A stretch of 64,000 nt of DNA from Myxococcales bacterium (GTDB lineage Bacteria; Myxococcota_A; Polyangia; Polyangiales; DASUME01): the NCBI GenBank assembly GCA_047601445.1, contig JASGJH010000001.1, positions 5,457,620 to 5,521,619 on the forward strand. The letters run 5' to 3'. This document shows, piece after piece, positions 40,101-47,891 of this stretch. How positions within the stretch are numbered: position 1 is the first letter of the stretch; each line of letters opens with the position of its first letter. The position numbers and the translations under genes were made by a program. The notes below the pieces were generated by a model, which was given only the letters and a program-made list of their open reading frames with translations, searched no databases and was not told the origin of the DNA.

Positions 40101-40252
40101 GCGAGCGCGAGGGCATGAGGGGGCTCTCCGGCACTCTCCTTGAGCACGACCGGTTCCCCCGTCGAGCGCTGGGTCGCACGTAGGATCCGAGACCGCACTC
40201 CACGATGCACTTGTTCGCCGATCACGAAGTCGGAACGCACCGGACTGCTCAC
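34163..40252 (-). CDS. Giant signalling protein: Ser/Thr kinase + AAA(AAA_16/NB-ARC-like) ATPase + TPR-like + GAF + PAS + HisKA/HATPase + receiver
   Basis: Kinase subdomains (VLKES, HRAIHPGNIVV, DFAWA, YISPE). P-loop SGDPGLGKSS. GAF/PAS region. HDFNNLLTPML (HisKA). GTGLGLPTVHGIV (HATPase). C-terminal REC (VISDVVMPGMSGYEL). 2029 aa. Confidence 0.85.
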   Translation of the reverse strand: MSSPVRSDFVIGEQVHRGVRSRILRATQRSTGEPVVLKESAGEPPHALALARLEREYTIGKSIRSPHVVRYLAVKHERDRVTLVEEAFGDTSLAQLLRAGPLESDRALHLARQVALGLSEIHRQDVVHRAIHPGNIVVNTQLWTAKIVDFAWAVQLPQQGKDGCETPPLELDEHAMPLAYISPEHTGRIHRGVDHRSDFYSLGAVLYHALAGRTPFESSDALAMVHSHIALTAPALSELDPRIPQHVSRLVEKLLAKSPDERYQSARGIVVDLDECLWRLRSGNPQPFALGVDDLPERFVVSERHYGRSSERAALLGALDAAVTGHKTMLLVSGDPGLGKSSLIGDLREPTLKRGGRFVSGKFDQVHRNAPYSALAQALGQLCRCLLSLPEHELSRYRREILERTSSNAGLIVGLVPELEKIVGPQAEVPETSLVQAQDRFDLTLARFLSVFAGPQRPLVMFLDDLQWADAATLHALSALLRLPEPPALLVIGAYRASEVSPDHPLSSLLAELERQVVDVRQFALSGLTQQDVQLWVADTLHRDDVEVEALAELIAERTGKNPFYIDQFLRALYEHKLLRFSAEHGRWTWDLREVEDLGITASLAELMAKKLQRLPPATQSALQLAACVGNQFDLQLIAAAADTSSEDMRARLAPAIRERLIVALEDRYPSGLVDVSAPVTQQGVNYHYRFRHDRLQQIAAPLEHERAPLHLRVGRVMRDRRSPADSDPDVDAVFDIVDHLNRGVALIDDPREQLSLAELNLQAGQRARSGTAYEQGLRYHESGLEALQARAGARDPAHVHYALWFALQRGRVECAYLAGRFEDAGRLLEEMTPGLRSVLERAELETIRIGFETNRGNYARAVELGREVLAALGHPIPDLRSNVPLVTTKVKTEVVLRAMGIERFAKQRDATDPQQVAVLKLMSQLHAPAFIADRKLFFWFAHEGMRLAARHGLTSVAATFCSGYSGYLVAREHDYERAYAYGQLGLALARRPDAFAYRGQVHVLFAICANAFVGNHIRSSLPIVQRGIEMGLQSGDYFFASFGASWVPEFRFLLGEPLQEVCAEAEHQEREIRALRGDERLLLLRTLRQLVRCLRGQTLERLSLSTDDLSEEQLRQHIRERDSVPARGQLFLCKLTAYAWFGAHREVVRVLLEAGSLIEEANAANLRLSEYTFLVCLSLVEARSDPAFEGAQIEALLEPKLALLKQWAESAPVNFQHRYALVQAELAEAEGRRVRAAEFYERAIRLATENGYPHHAALALELTARAHARRGNTDVARGFSRAAREAYQRWGAFGKVRALDEVQLEYTASPGPAIRPTWSLDMESALRASQALASEISMPVLLDRMLHVIVQASGAQRGALLVSRQGEFRVRAHLDLQSSQLRLASEDAPLEDDTLVSQAIVRYTLRTGKDVALENAGQVGPFTADPYVVFHHSKSILCMAVRHRDHVPGLLFLENSLADGVFTEERLELLRVLLAQAAISLENAQLFEATQKLNSALRSSESLLREFFEGMPVGVYVVDAKGRHAFSNRRAGELLRVVNEDAGWPGDTLGAYSIYVAGTDQPYPTERTPLARALRGERSMVDDIEIRIDGKVVPLAVWGTPVLGEDGAIRYAMAAFQDIGPQRAAEAERTRLEHQLHQAERLEFIGRLAGGVAHDFNNLLTPMLIYAELAQQALPEDSTVRRHVTQVKDAAEQAAELTKQLLAFGRQQVLKPHILDLNAELGKFERMLRRVLRENIAIELHLASDLGQVRADPAQMQRVLMNLAMNAADAMPRGGRMTFETRNVLLPEVSDAKGAQGEGQSGPCVLLRVSDTGIGMDKEAMGRAFAPFFTTKEVGKGTGLGLPTVHGIVAQHGGRVELSSEVGKGTRFDILLPRVDSVPGEPRAGAQGEQTSAPRSETQSQFGRGESLLVVEDNDSVRTVVREVLARDGYRVLTTRDPLEALRLVQRAGEAPNLVISDVVMPGMSGYELVDELRRVNLALPVLLISGYSDPVTLGRDMGPSVECVAKPLNADTLRATVRRLLDGARSS

Positions 40253-40476
40253 TTCACTTCCTAGCCATCATCGTAGCCCGCAACTGGCCCAGCTCGGCTA
40301 CGGTTGCAGCTGATTCGTTTCAGCAGAAGATATCGGTGCGAGAGGTATGCTGCATAGCGTGCGCTCACGCTCTGTTTCGTGAGCTGGCAACCAACGCTCG
40401 CCCGCTCCCGTCCCAGATGGACCACCCATCCGAGTCGTGCGAGCGAGCGAGCTAGCCCACGTGCTAACAAGGCGCC

Positions 40477-40962
40477 ATGAATCCACTCGCGAGTCGTCGC
40501 TTGAGTCCCGACGACTGGGCGCTGTGGCGTGAGCTGCGACTGCAGGCATTGGCCGAGTCTCCCCATGCCTTCGGTTCCACGCTCGCCGACTGGCAAGGAC
40601 GTGCGGACGCGGAGCAGCGCTGGCGCGCGCGGCTGCGCGACGTCCCCTTCAACGTGGTGGTCCAGCGCGGGGGAACCTGGGCGGGCATGGCGAGCGGAAC
40701 CACCTGCCAGACAAACACCGTGGAGTTGCTCTCGATGTGGGTCGCGCCCTGGGCGCGCGGTGCAGGCGCGGGCGACCATCTGGTTCGCGAGGTGGCCGAG
40801 TGGGCTCGCGCGCAGAGCGCTCGGCAGCTCGTGCTGCGCGTGTACGTGGGCAATGCGGCGGCCCTTTCGCTCTACCGACGCAACGGCTTCGAACAGACCA
40901 GCGTGATCAAGGCGCGCTCGGCAGGTCGTGCAGACGAAGTCGAGCTCGCGCTCGCGCTCTAG
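40477..40962 (+). CDS. GNAT-family N-acetyltransferase
   Basis: 161 aa. Acetyl-CoA motif A-like block (LSMWVAPWARGAGAGDHLVREVAEWAR) and YRRNGF motif. Confidence 0.75.
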   Translation: MNPLASRRLSPDDWALWRELRLQALAESPHAFGSTLADWQGRADAEQRWRARLRDVPFNVVVQRGGTWAGMASGTTCQTNTVELLSMWVAPWARGAGAGDHLVREVAEWARAQSARQLVLRVYVGNAAALSLYRRNGFEQTSVIKARSAGRADEVELALAL

Positions 40963-41124
40963 GGGGTGTCCCTAATTCCGGTGCGCGTCAGGGCGCGGAT
41001 TTCCGTCGCATCGCGAGCGCGCCCGCAGGCTCGACCTGAAGGTCGGGCCGAGGACGAAAGCCGCGATGCGGCGGAAAGGCGCGATGCTGGCGTGCGCCGG
41101 AATTAGGCACGCCCCCTAGGGACA
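40959..41124. repeat. ~165-bp element bounded by ~28-bp imperfect terminal inverted repeats (MITE/REP-like), between convergent genes
   Basis: Left arm ctagggggtgtccctaattccggtgcgcg. Right arm cgtgcgccggaattaggcacgccccctaggg. The reverse complement of the right arm matches the left at about 22 of 26 positions. The left arm starts at the TAG stop of the GNAT gene. Confidence 0.6.
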
Positions 41125-41128
41125 CCGC

Positions 41129-41980
41129 CTACGGACAGCGTCGTCCGTCGCGATCAATGGCGCAGGGCTCGTTGGACTCCGTGAAGCCATTGGGCTGGCA
41201 GCCGTTCGAGAACTGGTAGCACTGCCCCTCCGAATCACGTCCGTAGGTGACGAACTCACTGCATCCCTGCACGCTCGTGCCGCAGCCCACCTCCACCTCG
41301 CGATAGCAGCCCAGCTTGGCGTCGAACTGTTCCGCATGGAAGGTCGAGCAGCGCGGGTCGCCCTTGCAGGACTCTACCGGAAGCGAAGCACAGTGCTCGT
41401 CGCACGTCGCGCCGCTCGCATCCGAGGGACAGCCGACGTCGATGTAAGCCACCACGTCGAAATCGAGCAGCGCCCTGACCTGCTCGTAGGTGACCTGCGG
41501 CAGCACCACCTGCTCATTCCACTCTTGTGGCTCGAAGCCCAGCTGCGCCGCGTACGCCAGCACGCAGCCGCGATCGTCGTAGCCCTCCACGCGCAGGAAG
41601 AAGGAGGAACGCGCGTTCGGCTCGTCCATCAAGAGCTGCAGCCAGTTGCCGAAGTTGACGGGAGCGCGGGGCATGTCATCGCGCAAGGCCTGCTGGCAGG
41701 CTCCGCCGTCGACCTCGGGAAACGACCCATCGTGGGGTCGCTGCATCGAGGCGTCGTAGGGCGAGGGCTTGGCTTGTTGCGCTTGCATCCACGCCACCAA
41801 CTCGCGCCGCACGGCCTCCCAGTCGATGTCCGGCTCGGACGACGCATCGGTCGCGCCCGCATCGAGCGCGTCACCGTGCTGGGGTCGGCCGACATCCGAG
41901 GGAGGCGCAGCGTCATCGCCACACCCACTGGAGAGCGACAAGACGGCCACGACCGCGTGGAAGACGGGAGAAAGTCGCAT
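41129..41980 (-). CDS. Cys-rich lipoprotein, hypothetical
   Basis: Internal Met gives MRLSPVFHAVVAVLSLSSGCGDD (lipobox LSSGC). The mature protein has 20 Cys concentrated in the C-terminal half. ORF maximum extends to 42247. Confidence 0.55.
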   Translation of the reverse strand: MRLSPVFHAVVAVLSLSSGCGDDAAPPSDVGRPQHGDALDAGATDASSEPDIDWEAVRRELVAWMQAQQAKPSPYDASMQRPHDGSFPEVDGGACQQALRDDMPRAPVNFGNWLQLLMDEPNARSSFFLRVEGYDDRGCVLAYAAQLGFEPQEWNEQVVLPQVTYEQVRALLDFDVVAYIDVGCPSDASGATCDEHCASLPVESCKGDPRCSTFHAEQFDAKLGCYREVEVGCGTSVQGCSEFVTYGRDSEGQCYQFSNGCQPNGFTESNEPCAIDRDGRRCP

Positions 41981-42373
41981 GGGAGATGGAGAGGTTTCTA
42001 TCACCGAGCGCGCTGCACAGGAAGAAGCTCGGGCGGGGTGGTCTTCACATAGAGCACCGCGGTCACCAGGCTCATCAAGCTCGCCAGGCTGACCATGAAG
42101 GGCAAGGTCCGGCTGCGACCTTGGGCAGCAGACTCCACATGCCGGCCCACAGGCTGGGCGGCGTGACCGCACGGGAGAGCACGTCCGGGGCTCGCGCGAC
42201 GCAGTCGGTGCACAGCTCGCGCCCCCAAGAGGCCTGCAGCGGGGCAAAGGTCCTGCCGCACAGGCAGGGCGTGGGCACCGAACCGACCGGTTCGGGGTCG
42301 AGCGACGTCATCTCGACCCACTCTATCTCGCCGGCGCATTGGACGTGGATGTTGCCGCGCCCCTCCCCCGCGG

Positions 42374-45300
42374 GTGCACCAAGCGCACTCAGAGGGTATC
42401 TTCGGCGCCGTGTCCGACCCCTCCGAAAAGCGCCCGAACTCGTCTCTGAAAGCTCCGCTCGCCGACTTCCAACTACCGAAGATCGAAGAGGAAATCCTCG
42501 CGCTCTGGGAACGCCAGAAGACCGAGCGAAAGAGCCTGACCCCGAGTGGTCAGAAGGCCTTCGTGTTCTACGACGGTCCGCCCTTTGCCACCGGCCTTCC
42601 GCACTACGGTCACCTGCTGGCCGGCACCATCAAGGACATCGTGCCGCGCTACTGGGCCATGCAGGGCCGCGACGTGGAGCGCCGGTTCGGCTGGGATTGC
42701 CACGGCCTGCCCATCGAGAGCCTGATCGAGAACGAGCTCGGGCTGCACAGCAAGTCCGAGATCGAGGCCTTCGGCGTGCCGCAGTTCAACGCGGCCTGCC
42801 GCGCAGGCGTGCTGCGCTTCACCAAGGAATGGGAGCGCACGGTCAAGCGCATGGGGCGCTGGGTCGACTTCGAGAACGACTACAAAACCATGGACCCGAG
42901 CTTCATGGAGACCGTGTGGTGGGTCTTCAAGCAGCTGTGGGACAAGGGACTCATCTACGAGGGTTTCCGCATCCAACCCGTGAGCCCGATGCTGGGCACG
43001 CCGCTGTCGAACTTCGAGGTAGCGCAGGGACCCCAGGAGCGCGACCCGGTGACCAAGAAGGACGGTCACAAGCGGCGTCAGGATCCGAGCGTCACCATCC
43101 GCTTCAAGCTCGAAGACGAAGACGGCGCCTATCTGTGGGCATGGACGACCACCCCCTGGACGCTGCCGAGCAACCTCGCTCTCGCCGTGCATCCAGACGT
43201 GGAATACGTGAAGGTGCGCCTGAACGAGACCGGTGAGATCGCCTATCTCGAGCCGGGCCGGCTGAGGGACTACCAGGAGCGCAAGCGCGTGGGTGAGACC
43301 ACCGAGCTCGCGCGCATGAAGGGCAAGGATCTCGTGGGGCGCACCTACGAGCCGCTCCTGCCCTACTTCGAGAAGTACAAGAACAAGGAAGACGGTTCGC
43401 GCTGGTGCTTCCGCGTGGTGGGCGCCGAGTACGTCACCACCGAGAGCGGCACAGGCATCGTTCACCAGGCGCCGGCCTTCGGTGAAGACGACTATCAGGT
43501 GGGCTTGAAGGAAGGCCTGCCGGTGATCCGTCCGATGGATCTGACGGGCATCTTCGACGAGCGCGTACCGGACTTCAAAGGTCAGTTCGCCAAGGACGCC
43601 GACAAGCACATCATCCACAAGCTCAAGGAAGAGGGCAAGGTCGTGGACCAGGACACGCTGGTCCACCCCTACCCGCACTGCTACCGCACCGAGCAGCCCC
43701 TGCTCTACATGGCGCTCTCCACCTGGTTCATGAAGGTGGAAGCGATCCGCGACGAGCTGGTCGCGAACAACAAGCAGATCCATTGGGTGCCCGATCACGT
43801 GGGCGAAGGGCGCTTCGGCAACTGGCTGGAAGGCGCGCGCGACTGGAACCTGAGCCGCAACCGCTTCTGGGGCACGCCGATCCCGGTCTGGCGCAACGAA
43901 GAGGATCCGAACGACATGGTGTGCGTGGGCTCCACGCATGAGCTCGAAGAACTCGCAGGCTTGCCGGCCGGTTCCATCAAGGATCTTCACCGCGAGACCG
44001 TCGACAACATCACCTTCCCCTCGCGCAAGAACGCCAAGGGCCGCATGCGGCGACTCGAGGAGGTGTTCGATTGCTGGTTCGAGTCGGGCAGCATGCCCTA
44101 CGCGCAGAACCATTACCCATTCGATGGGAGCAAGAAGCAGTACGTGGAGCAGAACCTGCCCGCGGACTTCATCGCGGAAGGGCTCGATCAGACGCGCGGC
44201 TGGTTCTACACGCTGCACGTGCTGTCGACGGCGCTGTTCGGGCGTCCGGCCTTCAAGAACGTGATCGTGAACGGGCTCATCTTGGCCGCCGACGGCAAGA
44301 AGATGAGCAAGCGCCTGAAGAACTATCCGGATCCCAACGACGTGATCCAGAACTTCGGCGCCGATGCCCTGCGCGCGTACTTGATCAACAGCGCCGTGGT
44401 GCGCGCAGAGCCCATGCGCTTCGGCAAGGACGCCCAGGACACCAGCGGCGAAGCCGTGAAGGACACGGTGCGCCTGGTGGTGCTGCCGCTGTTCAACGCC
44501 TACAACTTCCTCACCACCTACGCCATCGCCGACGGTTGGTCGCCCAGTGCAGCCGACCTCGAGGTGCACCCGAGCGGCGACCTGGATCGCTGGATCCTCT
44601 CGCGCGTGCAGCACTTCCTGAAGGAGATGCAGCAGGAGTACGAGGACTACGAGCTCTCGAACCTGGTGCCAGCCTTCATCCGCCTCTCGGACGAGCTCAA
44701 CAACTGGTACATCCGGCGCGGTCGGCGCCGCTACTGGCGCAAGGCGGGCGAGAGCAAGGAAGGCGACAAGGACAAGCGCGAAGCGTACGCGACGTTGTTC
44801 CGCGTCATTGTCACCGTGGCGCGCGCGATGGCGCCCGTGATGCCGTTCTTCTGCGAGCACCTGTATCAGCGCCTGATGGTGGACACGGGCCTGGCAGCGC
44901 AGGGCGACAGCGTGCACCTCACGCGGTTCCCCAACGCCGATGAGAGCCTGCTCGACCTCGCCCTCGAGGCGCGCATGCAGGCCGCCCGCGACGTGGTGGG
45001 CCTGGGACTCGTGATCCGCGAGCGCGAGAAGATCGGCGTGCGGCGTCCGCTCGGCAAGGTCACCGTGGCGAGCACCCACGCGAACGCGCGCGAGGCCGTG
45101 GCCCAGTTCATCGAGGCCATCACGGGCGAGCTCAACGTGAAGGAAGTGAGCGTGCTCGAGGACGACTCGTCGCTGTGCAAGATCACCGCTCAACCCAACT
45201 TCCGTACCCTCGGCAAGCGCCTGGGGCCGAAGCTCAATGCCGTGAAGGCTGGACTCGCGGCACTCAAGCCCGCCGATTTCCAGCGCCTCGAGAGCGAGGG

Positions 45301-45709
45301 CAAGCTCGAGATCGAGGGCGAGGTGCTCGCGCAGGAGGACATCCTGCTCAAGCGCGAGAACACCGGCGGCGGCGCCGTGGAGAGCCAAAACGGCATCACG
45401 GTGGTGCTGGACACCAAGATCACGCCCGAGCTCCACGCCGAAGGCATCGCGCGCGAGCTCGTCAACCGCATCCAGAACCTGCGCAAGGCCGCCGACCTCG
45501 ACGTGAGCCAGCGCATCCGCCTGGTGCTCGCCTGCGACGGCGTGCTGGGCGAGGTCGCGGAAAGCGAGACCCTGAGCGAACTGATCGCCCACGAGACCCT
45601 GGCCGTGGAAGTCGAACGCGTACGTGAGAGCGCCGCCCCCGACTGGAAGCACACCAAGGCCGACTCCATCGACGGCGAAAAAGTCGTCATCGCCCTCGAG
45701 CCGGTCTAG
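42374..45709 (+). CDS. ileS: Isoleucyl-tRNA synthetase, type 2 (eukaryote-like long form)
   Basis: HYGH (PHYGHLLAG) and KMSKS (KMSKRLKN) class-I motifs, with editing-domain blocks. About 1100 aa with no C-terminal CxxC zinc knuckle, which gives the type-2 architecture. ORF opens with GTG at 42374. GTG at 42410 (VSDPSEK) with AGAGGG upstream is an alternative start. Confidence 0.9.
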   Translation: MHQAHSEGIFGAVSDPSEKRPNSSLKAPLADFQLPKIEEEILALWERQKTERKSLTPSGQKAFVFYDGPPFATGLPHYGHLLAGTIKDIVPRYWAMQGRDVERRFGWDCHGLPIESLIENELGLHSKSEIEAFGVPQFNAACRAGVLRFTKEWERTVKRMGRWVDFENDYKTMDPSFMETVWWVFKQLWDKGLIYEGFRIQPVSPMLGTPLSNFEVAQGPQERDPVTKKDGHKRRQDPSVTIRFKLEDEDGAYLWAWTTTPWTLPSNLALAVHPDVEYVKVRLNETGEIAYLEPGRLRDYQERKRVGETTELARMKGKDLVGRTYEPLLPYFEKYKNKEDGSRWCFRVVGAEYVTTESGTGIVHQAPAFGEDDYQVGLKEGLPVIRPMDLTGIFDERVPDFKGQFAKDADKHIIHKLKEEGKVVDQDTLVHPYPHCYRTEQPLLYMALSTWFMKVEAIRDELVANNKQIHWVPDHVGEGRFGNWLEGARDWNLSRNRFWGTPIPVWRNEEDPNDMVCVGSTHELEELAGLPAGSIKDLHRETVDNITFPSRKNAKGRMRRLEEVFDCWFESGSMPYAQNHYPFDGSKKQYVEQNLPADFIAEGLDQTRGWFYTLHVLSTALFGRPAFKNVIVNGLILAADGKKMSKRLKNYPDPNDVIQNFGADALRAYLINSAVVRAEPMRFGKDAQDTSGEAVKDTVRLVVLPLFNAYNFLTTYAIADGWSPSAADLEVHPSGDLDRWILSRVQHFLKEMQQEYEDYELSNLVPAFIRLSDELNNWYIRRGRRRYWRKAGESKEGDKDKREAYATLFRVIVTVARAMAPVMPFFCEHLYQRLMVDTGLAAQGDSVHLTRFPNADESLLDLALEARMQAARDVVGLGLVIREREKIGVRRPLGKVTVASTHANAREAVAQFIEAITGELNVKEVSVLEDDSSLCKITAQPNFRTLGKRLGPKLNAVKAGLAALKPADFQRLESEGKLEIEGEVLAQEDILLKRENTGGGAVESQNGITVVLDTKITPELHAEGIARELVNRIQNLRKAADLDVSQRIRLVLACDGVLGEVAESETLSELIAHETLAVEVERVRESAAPDWKHTKADSIDGEKVVIALEPV

Positions 45710-45736
45710 GGGGTGCCCAGGGGGCCGGTTGTCGCC

Positions 45737-46369
45737 CTACCCCGCGCGGTCCCCGAGCAGCGGCGTGACGCCGAGTCCGCGCGCCGCTCGAGTCGCGACC
45801 CTGCGGGCGTCCGCGAGCCCGGCCGACTCCACGCGTGCGCGGGCCCGCGCGTGCGCTTTCGCGTCCATGAAGCGCGCCTCATGGAACGAGGTGGTCGCAA
45901 CGGGGTCGAATCCGACGAAGCCCAGCGTGCCGCGCACGAAGCCCTTGTGCAGCGGGCTCCCCTGCACCAGCTGATACCAGAAGCCAGGGCTGTCCATGCT
46001 CGTGATCAAGCGCGCCGAACGCCCCCGCAGCAAACGCTCCGGCGGAGCGTGGCGGCTGCGATAGCGGTAGGCGAAGCCAGGGCGCAGCACGCGGTCCACG
46101 AAGCCCTTCATCAGAGCGGGGGGTGCGCCCCACCAGTTGGGAAAGATCCAGGTCACGTGACGCGCCCGTAGGAGTGCCTGGGAGGCGCGCTCGAGGTCGG
46201 GCTCGAAGGGTTGATCCGCCCGCCTCAGGACGAGGTCGAAGACCAGCTCACGCAGGTCGATGCGCTCTACCTGCACCAGGCTCTGCGCGGCGGCGACGTA
46301 GGCGCCCGTGAGCTCGGCCGTGAGTCCGTCTGCTTCCGGGTGACCGTTCAGGACCAATAGCGATTCCAT
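45737..46369 (-). CDS. Flavodoxin-like-fold NAD(P)H-dependent oxidoreductase (NAD(P)H:quinone oxidoreductase family)
   Basis: N-terminal MESLLVLNGHPEADGLTAELTGAY..., IFPNWWGAPPALMKGFVDRV matches the NAD(P)H dehydrogenase (quinone)/FMN reductase fold. Divergent from a LysR gene. Confidence 0.65.
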   Translation of the reverse strand: MESLLVLNGHPEADGLTAELTGAYVAAAQSLVQVERIDLRELVFDLVLRRADQPFEPDLERASQALLRARHVTWIFPNWWGAPPALMKGFVDRVLRPGFAYRYRSRHAPPERLLRGRSARLITSMDSPGFWYQLVQGSPLHKGFVRGTLGFVGFDPVATTSFHEARFMDAKAHARARARVESAGLADARRVATRAARGLGVTPLLGDRAG

Positions 46370-46420
46370 GCATCTACAACTAGCGACGCTTCGTGCGCGC
46401 AGGGAGTCGAACGATCGCAT

Positions 46421-47320
46421 ATGCTCCATGCAATCGTGCATAGGCCCACCGACGCCACCCGTTGGGATGACCTGCGGGTCTTCCTAGCCGTCCTGCGGCA
46501 GGGGAGCTTCTCGGGCGCCGCGAGCTCGCTCGGCATCGAGCAATCCACCGTGAGCAGGCGCATCGCCGCCCTCGAAGCGGCGCTCGGAGCTGCGCTCTTC
46601 GATCGCACCGCCGCCGGACCGCGGCCCAGCGAGCTGGCCCTCGAGCTACGCGAGCACGCCGAGCGCGTGGAGCAGGAGATCCTGGAGTTGCTGGATCACG
46701 CGGGCTCGCAGGGCAAGGTGGTGGAAGGACGCGTGCGCCTGGCGACCACCGAGTCCTTCGCGGTGCACGTGATCATCCCGCACCTCCTGTCAGGCCTGCG
46801 TGCGCTGCATCCGGAGCTGCGCGTCGATCTCCTGGTGAGCGAGCGCGCGGCGGACCTCACGCAGCGCGAGGCCGACGTGGCCTTGCGCTTCTTCCGTCCC
46901 AAGCAAGGGGACCTGGTAGCCAAGCGCATCGCGGTGTTGCCCACCGTGGTGCTGGCCCACGAACGTTACTTGGCCGGGCGCACCGAGCTGCGCGTCGATA
47001 CGCTGGACTGGATCGTGCTCGACCATGACTCTGCCGAGCCCGCGTTGCCGGCCTACCTTTCGGCCCACGGCAAGCTCGAGCCCGTGCTGCGCACCAATGG
47101 CCACCTCGCGCAGGTGGAAGCGGTGCGCGCGGGACTCGGCGTGGCGTTGTTGGCCAAGTCACTCACTCGGCTCGATCCCGGTCTCAAGGTACTCTCGCTC
47201 GATCTCCCTGCGAGCCCGCCCGTCGAGCTGTGGCTGGTGACACCGCGCAGCTTGAGTCGTATCCCGCGCATCCGCGCGCTCTGGGAGTACCTCGAAAAGA
47301 CCCTGACCGCGCTCGCCTAA
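46421..47320 (+). CDS. LysR-family transcriptional regulator
   Basis: N-terminal HTH (LRVFLAVLRQGSFSGAASSLGIEQSTVSRRIAALE) and LysR substrate-binding domain. Classic divergent pairing with the oxidoreductase. Confidence 0.85.
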   Translation: MLHAIVHRPTDATRWDDLRVFLAVLRQGSFSGAASSLGIEQSTVSRRIAALEAALGAALFDRTAAGPRPSELALELREHAERVEQEILELLDHAGSQGKVVEGRVRLATTESFAVHVIIPHLLSGLRALHPELRVDLLVSERAADLTQREADVALRFFRPKQGDLVAKRIAVLPTVVLAHERYLAGRTELRVDTLDWIVLDHDSAEPALPAYLSAHGKLEPVLRTNGHLAQVEAVRAGLGVALLAKSLTRLDPGLKVLSLDLPASPPVELWLVTPRSLSRIPRIRALWEYLEKTLTALA

Positions 47321-47358
47321 CTGCGGGCGTCCAAGACCCGACGAACCAGCGCCACGGC

Positions 47359-47730
47359 TCAGCTCTTATCGTAGAAGAACTCTTCCTTCACGATCTTGTC
47401 GTCCTTCACCGTGAACACGGCGATCTCGTCCATTTGCATGCGCTGCTTCTGCGTCTTGTTGGTCACGTCGTAGCTGAAGCGCACTGCAAACTTGGCGTCT
47501 CCGTGAGGCCACGGCCCTTCGACCTTGGCACTGTGGATCTCGTGGTTGTCCTCCCACCACTTGTTCTTGCCGAGCACGCCGTCTTTGCCCTTGGTGATGC
47601 GCTCTCCGTTGGGCATCGCTGCCGCCTCCACGCTCTCGATGTTGTCTGCGTAGAGCGAGCGAATGCACTCCAAGTTCTTGCCTGCCTTGCAGTAGTCGAC
47701 GAGTTTGTGACTGATCTGCTGGATCGTCAT
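47359..47730 (-). CDS. NTF2/SnoaL-like small protein
   Basis: 123 aa. The pattern (YADNIESVEAA...FAVRFSYDVTNKTQKQRMQMDEIAVFTVKDDKIVKEEFFYD) fits the NTF2-like superfamily. Markedly lower GC and Lys-rich codon usage compared with neighbours. Confidence 0.55.
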   Translation of the reverse strand: MTIQQISHKLVDYCKAGKNLECIRSLYADNIESVEAAAMPNGERITKGKDGVLGKNKWWEDNHEIHSAKVEGPWPHGDAKFAVRFSYDVTNKTQKQRMQMDEIAVFTVKDDKIVKEEFFYDKS

Positions 47731-47891
47731 GGTCTCACCCTCCTGGCATGGCTCGCGGAACGAGCTCCAAGGAAGCCTCCCACAACGTCACGCGTGGCGC
47801 TCGACCTCGGCGAGGAAGCGCTGGCCCCCCGACTACGAACGCTTTTGAACGTCACACCCCACGTTTCGCCCCTTTCGGAGCGCGACGTGAA

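Noticed and set aside
42473-45652. 1059-aa minus ORF
   Set aside because: Antisense to ileS. The HYGH/KMSKS motifs are only on the plus strand.
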